Assembly (NCBI GenBank): GCA_963664815.2
Contig: CAXXHB010000003.1
Span: forward strand, 1,504,001 to 1,568,000
Source: Spirochaetota bacterium
GTDB taxonomy: Bacteria; Spirochaetota; UBA4802; UBA5550
Direction: 5' to 3'
Length of the DNA: 64,000 nucleotides
Notes under the pieces: model-generated
The model's database searches: none
What the model was told of the DNA's origin: nothing
What the model saw: the letters and a program-made list of their open reading frames with translations, nothing else
Shown here: one piece after another, positions 10,358-19,517 of the stretch
Layout of the letters: every line of letters begins with the position of its first letter
Numbering within the stretch: the stretch's first letter is position 1
Program-made: the position numbers and the translations under genes

Positions 10358-11131
10358 ATGAAGATAGTTGTCTGTCTGAAACAGGTTCCTGATATGGAAT
10401 CTAAGTTTAAGATCGTTGATGACAAAAAAGTCGATGAATCACAAATCGCTTTCAAAATTAACGATTTCGATAACTATGCTGTAGAAGCAGCCCTCCAGCT
10501 AAAAGAAAAACATGGCGGAGAAGTAGTTATTGTATCAGCCGGTCCTGACAGAGCTGCCAAGGATATCAGGCAGGCTTATGCGATGGGAGCTGATTGGGGA
10601 ATACACATCACTGATCCAGCCATTTATGATGGCGACAGCTTCGTAATCGCAAGCGCACTTGCAAAAGCAATTCAGAACATCGGTGGAGTAGACCTTGTTA
10701 TGACAGGTGTTCAGTCAGAAGATTTACAGGCGGCAGTTACAGGCGTAATGGTTGCTGACCTTCTCGGCGTTCCACACTGCACAAACGTTGTTAAAATAAC
10801 AACAGCTGACGGAAAAGCATTTACTCTTAACAGAGAGCTTGAAGGCGGACTTAATGAAGTTCTCGAACTTGCAGGTCCTGCAATGCTTTCAATCCAGTCA
10901 GGTATCAATGAGCCAAGGTATCCCACCCTTCCGGGTATCATGAAAGCTAAAAAGAAACAGCTCGATACAAAATCAGGCGCAGACCTGGGAGTATCAGCTT
11001 CATCAAGAACTACGTTTATCAAAATGTTTGTTCCTGTTTCTGATTCTATGGCGGAAATAATTCAGGGCGCTCCTGCAGAAGCAGCTGCAAAGCTTGTTGA
11101 TAAGCTCAAAAATGAAGCGAAAGTGATATAA
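10358..11131 (+). CDS. etfB: Electron transfer flavoprotein beta subunit
   Basis: MKIVVCLKQVPD, INDFDNYAVEAAL, AMGAD, INEPRYPTLPGIMKAKKK. Confidence 0.95.
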   Translation: MKIVVCLKQVPDMESKFKIVDDKKVDESQIAFKINDFDNYAVEAALQLKEKHGGEVVIVSAGPDRAAKDIRQAYAMGADWGIHITDPAIYDGDSFVIASALAKAIQNIGGVDLVMTGVQSEDLQAAVTGVMVADLLGVPHCTNVVKITTADGKAFTLNRELEGGLNEVLELAGPAMLSIQSGINEPRYPTLPGIMKAKKKQLDTKSGADLGVSASSRTTFIKMFVPVSDSMAEIIQGAPAEAAAKLVDKLKNEAKVI

Positions 11132-11149
11132 GGTAGGAGGATCTGAATA

Positions 11150-12100
11150 ATGGCTAAATTACTTGTAATAGCAGAACACAGAGATGGGAAGCTGAGCGTT
11201 GCTACATTGGAGCTTTGCAAAGTAGCTAAAGAGATTGCTCCTGCTCTTGGTCTCGAACCGGCTGCTGCAGTATTCTCTAAAGATGATGCAGTTGCGAAAG
11301 AAGTTGCAAAATACATCCCCACAGTATTGTCAGTTACTGATGCTGCAGTTGCTCAATATACATCTGACGGTTATTCACAGGCTATCAAAGCTGTTGTTGA
11401 ATCACAGGATGTAAAAGGCGTTCTTGTTCCTCATACATATGATGGAGTTGACTATGCTGCCAAAGCAGCAATGGCAATAGGCGCAGGTATTGTTTCCAAT
11501 GTAAACAAGATTGTTGCTGAAGGCGGCAAACTTGTATGCACAAGAGGTATATACAACGGTAAACTACAGGAAACCAAATCTGTATCTACAGATAAATTTG
11601 TTATATCTATTGAAAAAGGCGCATATGATCCGGCAGAAGCCGGCGCAGCAGGCAGCGTTAATGCTGTTTCTGTATCATTCGGCGCAATCAGAACAAAAGT
11701 TAAAGAAGTTATTGCAACATCTACAGGCGGAGTTGATATTACCCAGGCTAAAATTATTGTATCGGGCGGACGTGGTCTTAAAGACGCTGATAAATACAAA
11801 GATATCGTTATTCCGCTTGCTCAGAAACTCGGCGGGGAATATGCAGGATCACGTCCTGTTATAGACTCAGGCTGGACAGAAGCTTCAAGACAGGTTGGAC
11901 AGTCAGGTAAAACTGTAACTCCCGATCTCTATCTTGCACTTGGTATTTCAGGCGCGGTACAGCATGTTGCCGGAATGAAAGGTGCAAAATGTATAGTAGC
12001 AGTTAACAAAGACCCTGAAGCACCTATTTTCAACATAGCTGCATATGGAATAGTTGCAGATCTTTTCGAGGTTGTTCCTGCTCTTATGGCTAATCTGTAA
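11150..12100 (+). CDS. etfA: Electron transfer flavoprotein alpha subunit
   Basis: VSGGRG, QVGQSGKTVTPDLYLALGISGAVQHVAGM, NKDPEAPIF. Confidence 0.95.
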   Translation: MAKLLVIAEHRDGKLSVATLELCKVAKEIAPALGLEPAAAVFSKDDAVAKEVAKYIPTVLSVTDAAVAQYTSDGYSQAIKAVVESQDVKGVLVPHTYDGVDYAAKAAMAIGAGIVSNVNKIVAEGGKLVCTRGIYNGKLQETKSVSTDKFVISIEKGAYDPAEAGAAGSVNAVSVSFGAIRTKVKEVIATSTGGVDITQAKIIVSGGRGLKDADKYKDIVIPLAQKLGGEYAGSRPVIDSGWTEASRQVGQSGKTVTPDLYLALGISGAVQHVAGMKGAKCIVAVNKDPEAPIFNIAAYGIVADLFEVVPALMANL

Positions 12101-12127
12101 AATTTGATTTAATTATTGAAACTCAGG

Positions 12128-12156
12128 AGGCTGTCCCGTAAGGACAGCCTTTTTTT
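12128..12156 (+). terminator. Rho-independent terminator of etfBA
   Basis: AGGCTGTCC-CGTAA-GGACAGCCT followed by a T-run. Confidence 0.9.
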
Positions 12157-12355
12157 ATTATACAGTTTTATCTATATTACTGTTTGACATTTCATTGCGA
12201 AGCAGCATTATTCTGCATAGATAAAAAATATTTAAATAAGAGGATGATTTCAGGTAACAAGGTGGGAGGATATCCGGATTGGTCTTGTGGAACAGACGGA
12301 TTTCGCTGGCGCTCAGTTGAGTAAGTAATTTACATTTAAAAACCGGAGGGATATT

Positions 12356-13009
12356 ATGACCGAGGCAACAATCAGGGCACTAAATGGTTTACGTGATTTA
12401 TCTACAATTAAATGGTATGTTATACCGCTTCTTGCAATAGTTCTCTATATTTATACCAGGGAGATAAAAGATGCAAAAAAAACCGGCAACTGGAATGCCG
12501 TATTTTCCGGACTTGCTGTTTTCGGCGCTGATTTTTTTAATGAAACCTGGAACGGATGGTTTATGGTACTTTCAGGACGTTCAGCAGTATGGACAGCTCC
12601 CGGCGAAACAGCGCTTCGAACAATGGTTGGCTGGAACATAGAGATTATGTTTATGTTTTCAATAGCAGGTATTATTTTTTATCATACGCTCACAGAGGGG
12701 GAGGATGTGAAAATTCTTGGATTACCGGAAAAATGGTTCTGGGCGATTGGCTTTTCAGCTTTCTGTGTTTTCGTTGAATGCCTGTTAAATAGGGGTGGGC
12801 ATCTGGTATGGGAATATGAGTTATGGTTCAGGTCGGCAGCCGGTGTCTGGCTTGTTTTTCTAGTCGGATATTTCCCGTTTTTTTGTGCCGCTATACTGCT
12901 GATTTCATTAAAACAGGTTAAACATAAACTTATCGCTTTAGCGGTGATATATTCAGTACCGGTTTTAATGAATATTACAGGTTTAGGTATAATGGGGTGG
13001 AATTACTGA
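12356..13009 (+). CDS. Uncharacterised multi-pass membrane protein
   Basis: About 6 hydrophobic segments, Trp-rich, DFFNETWN and GWNIEI motifs; GGAGG RBS. Confidence 0.75.
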   Translation: MTEATIRALNGLRDLSTIKWYVIPLLAIVLYIYTREIKDAKKTGNWNAVFSGLAVFGADFFNETWNGWFMVLSGRSAVWTAPGETALRTMVGWNIEIMFMFSIAGIIFYHTLTEGEDVKILGLPEKWFWAIGFSAFCVFVECLLNRGGHLVWEYELWFRSAAGVWLVFLVGYFPFFCAAILLISLKQVKHKLIALAVIYSVPVLMNITGLGIMGWNY

Positions 13010-13106
13010 TTTATCAGCTGCTTTTGTTTAATTACTAAAAAATTTGAAATACTTATAAAACATTATTATTATTATTATTATCCGGTAATATCTTCTTAAT
13101 ATGTAT

Positions 13107-13183
13107 TTTAGTGTAAAATAAATGATATATCTCTTCGCCTTCGAACGCGGCGGAGAGAAAGGGTGATTTTCTGTTATAAAAAT
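13107..13183 (+). repeat. Dispersed hairpin repeat, copy C
   Basis: TTTAGTGTAAAATAAATGATATA-TCTCTTCGCC..GGCGGAGAGA..TTTTCTGTTATAAAAAT. Confidence 0.7.
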
Positions 13184-13219
13184 GGTTTGGTGTAATCAGC
13201 AATAAAACTGGAGGAAATT

Positions 13220-13396
13220 ATGGCTTATAGAATTAAAGCGGATGATTGTACCGCATGCGGTGCATGTGAGTCTGTATGCCCGGTAACATGCATTACTGAA
13301 CAGGGTGATGGTAAAAGAAAAATAAATGAGGATGATTGTATCAGCTGTGGAACCTGTGCGGATACATGCCCGGTTTCTTGTATTTCTGAGGTTTAG
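13220..13396 (+). CDS. 2[4Fe-4S] clostridial-type ferredoxin, 58 aa (absent from the ORF track)
   Basis: Manual translation MAYRIKADDCTACGACESVCPVTCITEQGDGKRKINEDDCISCGTCADTCPVSCISEV; two CxxCxxCxxxCP motifs; GGAGG RBS. Confidence 0.95.
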   Translation: MAYRIKADDCTACGACESVCPVTCITEQGDGKRKINEDDCISCGTCADTCPVSCISEV

Positions 13397-13430
13397 CAGC
13401 CTGCAATATGCAGGCGAAAGCTTATTTTTC

Positions 13431-14108
13431 TTAAGGTCTGGAGAAAAAGTTTGTTCTGAACATCCATCCCGATGTTAAACTGTAGTTAATCATATGTAAT
13501 TTATCTTTTGAACCGCCTCCTGAATACAGGAGGTTAGTGGGATAATATTCTCCTCCCGCCCCGAAAATAAAATCGGAAAAATCAGTTACTTTAAATCTCA
13601 TTGTAATTCCGGCTGTAACACCCGCCTGATTTGCATTTGTAAATCTTAAAGCATTATCCTTATATTTATCAAGTGTGAGAGTTGTATCTGTTTTCATAAC
13701 TGAATAGAAAATATGTGAATAAATGCCCCCCAGGTAAAAAGAGAGACCCACAGCATCTTTGCGCAAAGAATAGAGAAAAATAACAGGGATGTTGATGGTC
13801 TGAAAAGTCCATTTTACATCATAAGATGGTGTATCATTCATAACAAATCTGGTATTGAAATATCGGTATTGAATCCCTGATCCGATATCGATATTTCCAT
13901 AAAGATTTTTTTCAACCGAAACTCCACCCCCTGTGTACATGCCAGGTTTAATATCAAGGTTCATATTCTTATCATATATGTCAAATATGCCGTAGTTACC
14001 ATTTATACCTATTGAAACATCAGGAACCTGTTTATCCATATTCTCTTCTGCAGATAAAGAGATATTCAAACCTGCAAACAGGAAAAGTGTTATAAAGAGT
14101 TTTTTCAT
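13431..14108 (-). CDS. Outer-membrane beta-barrel-like exported protein
   Basis: Signal peptide MKKLFITLFLFAG; alternating aromatic/Gly strands, INIPV; start overlaps the bactofilin stop (TGATG). Confidence 0.65.
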   Translation of the reverse strand: MKKLFITLFLFAGLNISLSAEENMDKQVPDVSIGINGNYGIFDIYDKNMNLDIKPGMYTGGGVSVEKNLYGNIDIGSGIQYRYFNTRFVMNDTPSYDVKWTFQTINIPVIFLYSLRKDAVGLSFYLGGIYSHIFYSVMKTDTTLTLDKYKDNALRFTNANQAGVTAGITMRFKVTDFSDFIFGAGGEYYPTNLLYSGGGSKDKLHMINYSLTSGWMFRTNFFSRP

Positions 14109-14473
14109 CAGTCTTTCTGCGGTTCGGAATCCATGATGCATGTGCCGTTAAATATAGCTCCGCTTTCCATAATTATCTCAGGAGAGACGAGATCAGCGCT
14201 GATTTTACTTTTTTTATATAACTCTATTTTTTTTCCGGCTTTTATTTTGCCGTTTACTGTCCCGCTGATTGAAACTATTGAGGCATTGATATCGGCGCTT
14301 GTAACTGACTCACGGCCGATTATAAGCTGACCATCAGATATAATTTTACCTTCAAATTTTCCTTTAATTTTAAGTGAGTTCTTAAATTTTAATGTACCCC
14401 TGAAATCGATATCATCAGCAATAACTGTATCAATTTTATTTTCGTCTTCAACAATCTCTTTTATCTCTGACAT
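14108..14473 (-). CDS. Bactofilin (polymer-forming cytoskeletal protein)
   Basis: TVIADDIDFRGTL..LKIKGKFEGKI..ISGTVNGKI..MESGAIFNG beta-helix repeats. Confidence 0.92.
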   Translation of the reverse strand: MSEIKEIVEDENKIDTVIADDIDFRGTLKFKNSLKIKGKFEGKIISDGQLIIGRESVTSADINASIVSISGTVNGKIKAGKKIELYKKSKISADLVSPEIIMESGAIFNGTCIMDSEPQKD

Positions 14474-14646
14474 TAAATTCTCCTTTTTAATAACTGCAGA
14501 TCAGCATTTATTTATATATTTTTAATAAGCAATATACAGAATTATAAAAAAATTAAGAAATAATAATTGTTCATAAACTATTACTGATTGTAAATTATAA
14601 ACAGGTATACTTCTCTTGTCAAACAAAAAGGAATATATTATTATTT

Positions 14647-14985
14647 ATGGAGTTATTAATGGAAGAAATTCTTGATAAGGCCAATGAACTGGGCATTTTG
14701 ATTAAACAGACAGATGTATACATCCGGTTTGAAGAGATTAATCTGGAAGTTGAAAATGACAATGAGGCTTCAGTACTTCTTAAGAAATATAATGAAATTG
14801 CCGAGACAATTCAGCAGAAGCAGGACGCGGGATTTATGCTGGAAAAATATGAACAGGAAAAATTCCGGGAGCTTGCAGGGGCTGTAGCAGCTAATGAGAT
14901 TCTTCTGAAATATCTGAAGGCAAGGGATGCATATATAAACCTTCTGATGGTTATTCACAAAGAACTGAATAATGATAATCAGTAA
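14647..14985 (+). CDS. YlbF/YmcA family regulator
   Basis: ILDKANELG..IKQTDVY..F, helical, ..YLKA pattern. Confidence 0.75.
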   Translation: MELLMEEILDKANELGILIKQTDVYIRFEEINLEVENDNEASVLLKKYNEIAETIQQKQDAGFMLEKYEQEKFRELAGAVAANEILLKYLKARDAYINLLMVIHKELNNDNQ

Positions 14986-15182
14986 TTTTTTTATTGAAAC
15001 AAATATTCATAATTGGTATCTTCTAGAATGTTATGAAGGAAATTTTATATTATTAACGTAAAGATACAATGTAAAATAGTCATTTCTTCGAAAGTTTAAA
15101 AAAGATTTTAAAAAAATCTTGACGATGTATGAATTTATAAATAAAAATATTAGTATTTGAATAATACTAAAAGGCAGGAAAA

Positions 15183-15710
15183 ATGCAACCCGATTTAAAT
15201 AATCTGAAAGCAAAAATTCAGGCTAACAGGGATTTTATCGACAGAATTGCCACAGGACTCCCCGGCTTCAAAGGTTATGTCGAAAAATCAGAAAACTATG
15301 ACGCGGATAAAATGATAAGAAGCTTTATCGTGGATAAAATACTTTCATTGAAGAAAAATATCGGCGTAATTTCAGGAGACTGTGTAAGGAACGGTAATCT
15401 GTCCGTTACCAGAGACTTTGACTCACTGTCCAATCTTCTTGAAGGACTGGTAAAGAAAGTTGAATATGCTGATTATGGGGTCAGTGGTGGCTTTTCGAAG
15501 ATTAAAATTACAGAAGAGGATCAGAACAGGCTTCTGGAATATGACTGGAGATTGATTACGTCATTTGAAGAGGTGTATAAATCATTCGAAAATCTTTCAA
15601 CTATTCAGGGCGATACCTTGTCCTCTGAAATAAATAATATTAAACCGAAAATCAGGGATTTTGAAAAAAGCTTTGATGATAGAAAATATGTAATTATGGA
15701 GGTCATATAA
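15183..15710 (+). CDS. Conserved alpha-helical hypothetical protein, first gene of the SPFH operon
   Basis: LPGFKGY..ADKMIR, YADYG..GGF, LLEYD motifs; TAATG overlap with the next gene. Confidence 0.75.
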   Translation: MQPDLNNLKAKIQANRDFIDRIATGLPGFKGYVEKSENYDADKMIRSFIVDKILSLKKNIGVISGDCVRNGNLSVTRDFDSLSNLLEGLVKKVEYADYGVSGGFSKIKITEEDQNRLLEYDWRLITSFEEVYKSFENLSTIQGDTLSSEINNIKPKIRDFEKSFDDRKYVIMEVI

Positions 15711-16840
15711 TGGCTTTACTTGATGTTGTTCAGTGGGATAATAAACCTGGTGAAGTAATTTTTAAATTTGAAGAAGGTGCAATTGCTCTCGGTTCACAGT
15801 TGATTGTAAAAGAGGGGCAGGAGGCTATTTTTTTTAAAAACGGACAGGCGCTTGATTCATTTGGTCCCGGCAGGCACACTCTCAGCACCGGGAATATACC
15901 TATTCTTGAAAAGCTTATAAATCTGCCCTTTGGCGGGAAAACACCATTTCCGGCTGTTGTATATTTTATAAATAAAACTGAAATTCCAAACATGAAATGG
16001 GGGACAAAACAGCCGATGCAGCTTATGGATCCGGTTTATAATCTGCCGGTACCGATAAGGGCTTTCGGGTCATATTCAATCCGTATCACGGATATTAAAT
16101 CTTTTTTAATTACTGCTACAGGTTCATGGCAGGCGTTTACAACTGAATCAATAGGGACTGCTTTCAGGGACATGGCTATTCTTCCGAAAGTCCAGGATCT
16201 CGTAGCAGAGTTTATGATCAAACAGAATATCACAATTCTGAAGCTGCCGGCATATTATGATGAAATAGGCTCAGCCGGTAAAGCTAAACTTGCCGAGGAT
16301 TTTACAAGTTTCGGCGTTGAACTGGTAAGATTTGCTGTTGAATCGATCAATATTCCGGATGATGATGAAAACGTAAAACGCCTTAAGAAAGCCCTGGCTG
16401 ATAAAGCAGAGATCAATATCATGGGTGAAGATTATAAAACAAAACGTACTTTTGATACAATGGAAAAAGCTGCGGCAAATGAAGGCATGGCCGGTGGTAT
16501 GATGGGTGCCGGAATGGGAGTTGGAATGGGACAGCAGATGGGTACAATGATGGGTGCTGTTATGGGCAATGCGGGAGCTGGTGCGGCACAGGGACAGCAG
16601 GTTCCATGTCCCAAATGTAACGCTGTAAATCAGGCTGGAGCTAAATTCTGCGCTTCATGCGGTGGTCCAATGTCTGTTCCTCAGGCCTCATGCCCTGCAT
16701 GTAAAGCTCAGATTCCGGCTGGTGTAAAATTCTGTCCTTCATGTGGTGCAAATCTTCAGGGATCCAGCTGCACAAAATGTAATGCTGCGCTTCAACCGGG
16801 TGCAAAATTCTGTCCGGAGTGCGGAGCACAGCAAGGTTAA
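15710..16840 (+). CDS. SPFH/band-7 (YdjI-like) protein with C-terminal repeated zinc ribbons
   Basis: GSQLIVKEGQEAIFF, GPGRHTLSTGNIP, KWGT, RAFGSY; Gly/Met linker; six CxxC pairs (AKFC repeats). Confidence 0.9.
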   Translation: MALLDVVQWDNKPGEVIFKFEEGAIALGSQLIVKEGQEAIFFKNGQALDSFGPGRHTLSTGNIPILEKLINLPFGGKTPFPAVVYFINKTEIPNMKWGTKQPMQLMDPVYNLPVPIRAFGSYSIRITDIKSFLITATGSWQAFTTESIGTAFRDMAILPKVQDLVAEFMIKQNITILKLPAYYDEIGSAGKAKLAEDFTSFGVELVRFAVESINIPDDDENVKRLKKALADKAEINIMGEDYKTKRTFDTMEKAAANEGMAGGMMGAGMGVGMGQQMGTMMGAVMGNAGAGAAQGQQVPCPKCNAVNQAGAKFCASCGGPMSVPQASCPACKAQIPAGVKFCPSCGANLQGSSCTKCNAALQPGAKFCPECGAQQG

Positions 16841-16851
16841 GGAGATTGCAG

Positions 16852-17454
16852 ATGGCATCAATGAATTGCGCTTCATGCGGAGCTCCTGTTGAAATAAAGA
16901 ACAGGTTCAGTAAGGTTTTTGTATGCAGCTACTGCGGGTCGCATCTTAAACTAAACGATAGCGGCCTGGATATTGCAGGAAAGTATCCGAAGCTTGCTGA
17001 ATTTCCTTCTATATTCCGGGTCGGATCAAGTGGAACTATTCTTGGGAAACCTTTCTCTGCTCTGGGACGTATGAGATATAAGTATCAGGGTGGATATTAT
17101 GACGAGTGGTTCATTGATTTTGATGGTGATAAGGGGTGGTTTACTGAAGATGAAGGAACTTTTACTCTTTACACCGACCTTTTTGAGGCTGTTGATATTC
17201 CTGATATGAACAGCATAAAAGCTGGCCAGAACATTATGGTTGGTGACAAAAAAGTGATGGTAAAAGAAAAAGGGCATGCAGTGATAGAGGGTGGAGAGGG
17301 TGAACTTTACTTTTATGCAGAACCCGGAACCGAGGTTGTCTACCTTGATGCTGTATCTGAAGGGAAAAAGGTTTCAGTAGAGTATACAGAGAATGAAGTT
17401 GAAATGTTTTCAGGAAGGCCTCTTCTTAAAAGAGATATTGTTGTTGAAAACTGA
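16852..17454 (+). CDS. Zinc-ribbon plus DUF4178 domain protein
   Basis: CASCGA..CSYCGS; GRMRY..GGYYDEWFI..GWFTEDEG; VKEKG..GEGEL; AAGGAG RBS before ATG 16852. Confidence 0.8.
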   Translation: MASMNCASCGAPVEIKNRFSKVFVCSYCGSHLKLNDSGLDIAGKYPKLAEFPSIFRVGSSGTILGKPFSALGRMRYKYQGGYYDEWFIDFDGDKGWFTEDEGTFTLYTDLFEAVDIPDMNSIKAGQNIMVGDKKVMVKEKGHAVIEGGEGELYFYAEPGTEVVYLDAVSEGKKVSVEYTENEVEMFSGRPLLKRDIVVEN

Positions 17455-17573
17455 TATTATATGCTTAAAAAAACCGGGAGATTTATGTCCCTTGTTCCCT
17501 GTCTCCCGTCGGGCACTTCCCCTATGATGATATAGGGAAGGGATTTAATCTCAAACTCTGAACTGAGGATCAT

Positions 17574-18983
17574 ATGGGTACTGATAAGAAAGAGGAACTG
17601 AAAGCGATAAAATGTCCCAGGTGCAGTGGCGGCCTTGCAAAGGGATCACGGACTCATTATGATGAAGACGAAGAGGAAGAAGTATCAATACCTGTAGCCA
17701 GGTGTATCCATTGCAATACCGAATATGACCAGCATACATCCGAATACTATGAAGTCTTTGCCGATGATCTGACTGCTGACAGGGATTCAACCATATTTAA
17801 GCTTGGCCTTAAGGGTAAGCTTAAGGGGATAGATTATGAGATCATTGGACGGTTAAGATACCAGGAAGAAGAGGAGTACGAGAAAACTACATGGGATGAG
17901 TGGGTTGCAGTTTCAGATGACGGTGTTTTTCACTATTTCGTTGAAGAAGCGGGGAGAATTGATTCCTATGAAGAATATATACCGGAACTGATAGACATAG
18001 AATCCGATGCTTCTTTTATAGAATTTGAAGGGAGAAAGATAAAAAAAACCGACGGGTATACAGGTCGTATCGTTCTTGCTGAAGGTGAACTCCCATGGAA
18101 ACCGGAAATTGGTGAAGCTGTTTTATGCTATGATTTCAAGAAAGACGGAAAAAACTTCACGATTGAAAAAACCGATGATGAGGTCTCAATAACTAGGGGT
18201 GAAAGGCTTACTCACGGTGAAGTGATAGATGCATTTAATATTGAAGGTTATAAAGAACAGTATAAAAGTACATTAAAAAAAAGAAATTCATACAAATGGG
18301 AAAGCCGCATTTATATCACAGGAATGATAATTTCTTTAATAGCAACGGTTTACAGTTGTTGCAGTAATGTGCCCGTGCAGGGAGTTGCAAATTCGAAAAA
18401 GGTTCTGGTTGATAATGTTAAATCGACTGATGCCGAGGGTACAGTTTATGAAAGTCAGATTCTTTACGGTCCTTTTGATATTCCTGAAGGTAATAAGCTG
18501 TATGATGTAACAGTTCAGGTTGACCAGGACGTACAGCCGCTTAATCTTGAATGGCAGTCATTCAGGTTTATGCTGATAAGCGAGAACAGGCTTAACGATA
18601 CATCCGGCGGGAAGATTAATGATCCTGTAATTCTGAAGGATCTTTTTGAAGAGATAGATGCAATGCCTGAACCGCTTGAATCATATGTGATAATAGGGGA
18701 TTTCTGGGATGAAGAGGGGAGTGACAGTGATGGCTACTGGCATGAGTCAGACCTTAGTTACAGTTCAGATTTTGTCCTTGATGAATCGGGTAAATATTAT
18801 GTTTATATGGAATTGTTCAATAACAAAATAAAGAACATCAACGCTGTAACGTTTTCCATATCAAAATCAAAAGGCTATAGATATTATCTGATTATATTTT
18901 TTGTATTCTTCATCTTGTGGGGAATCAGCGTAATACGTTCAAGATCTTATAATGAACTCCCCTTTGAAATGGCGGATAATTAG
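17574..18983 (+). CDS. Zinc-ribbon plus DUF4178 membrane protein with acidic extracytoplasmic domain
   Basis: CPRC..CIHC; IIGRLRY..WDEW; EGELPW; two TM helices; DEEGSDSDGYWHES. Confidence 0.8.
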   Translation: MGTDKKEELKAIKCPRCSGGLAKGSRTHYDEDEEEEVSIPVARCIHCNTEYDQHTSEYYEVFADDLTADRDSTIFKLGLKGKLKGIDYEIIGRLRYQEEEEYEKTTWDEWVAVSDDGVFHYFVEEAGRIDSYEEYIPELIDIESDASFIEFEGRKIKKTDGYTGRIVLAEGELPWKPEIGEAVLCYDFKKDGKNFTIEKTDDEVSITRGERLTHGEVIDAFNIEGYKEQYKSTLKKRNSYKWESRIYITGMIISLIATVYSCCSNVPVQGVANSKKVLVDNVKSTDAEGTVYESQILYGPFDIPEGNKLYDVTVQVDQDVQPLNLEWQSFRFMLISENRLNDTSGGKINDPVILKDLFEEIDAMPEPLESYVIIGDFWDEEGSDSDGYWHESDLSYSSDFVLDESGKYYVYMELFNNKIKNINAVTFSISKSKGYRYYLIIFFVFFILWGISVIRSRSYNELPFEMADN

Positions 18984-19187
18984 GTGCAGGTTATGATAAG
19001 AAGTTTAATACTCACAGTTATTCTGATTGCCGGTTCATTTATGCTTACATCACGTTATGTGGGATACTCCGGCGCCGGCAGGGAATACTTTAAAAAAGTT
19101 TCTGAAGAGAGGAAATCTCTCAGGTCCGGGAGCGGGTATTATGCTCCTTATCATGTGGGTTCCGGAAGCTTCAGATCGGGGAAGTAA
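18984..19187 (+). CDS. Small membrane-anchored Gly/Ser-rich protein
   Basis: N-terminal TM, SLRSGSG..GSGSFRSGK tail; abuts its operon neighbours. Confidence 0.7.
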   Translation: MQVMIRSLILTVILIAGSFMLTSRYVGYSGAGREYFKKVSEERKSLRSGSGYYAPYHVGSGSFRSGK

Positions 19188-19242
19188 AATCATCTTTTAA
19201 GTTCGGATGATAAAAAATATTACATATTTCAGGGGGTATTTT

Positions 19243-19515
19243 ATGGATTGGGCGGTAATCCTTTACGGTATAATTGATACTGTTATTTATTCTTTAATCG
19301 GTATAATTTTAATGGGGCTTGGTTTCCTGATCATCTCCTTCTTTACACCTTTTTCGATAAAAAAAGAGATTGAAGATGATCAGAATATATCGCTGGGAAT
19401 AATAATCGGGGCTGTTATTCTCGGCATATCGATAATTGTTGCATCTGTCATTTCTGCACCTTCAAGCCCGGGAACAATTAAGAATAACCAGATTAGAACA
19501 GAGCAGCCGAAATAG
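19243..19515 (+). CDS. DUF350 (YjfL-like) membrane protein
   Basis: FTPFSIKKEIEDDQNISLGIIIGAVILGISII signature; AGGGGG RBS. Confidence 0.9.
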   Translation: MDWAVILYGIIDTVIYSLIGIILMGLGFLIISFFTPFSIKKEIEDDQNISLGIIIGAVILGISIIVASVISAPSSPGTIKNNQIRTEQPK

Positions 19516-19517
19516 AA

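Noticed and set aside
12244-12324. 26-codon uORF MISGNKVGGYPDWSCGTDGFRWRSVE
   Set aside because: RBS abuts the ATG, no regulatory codon run and no attenuator
16600-16830. Repeated AAATTCTG segments
   Set aside because: These encode the AKFCxxCG zinc-ribbon repeats; not CRISPR or a DNA repeat element
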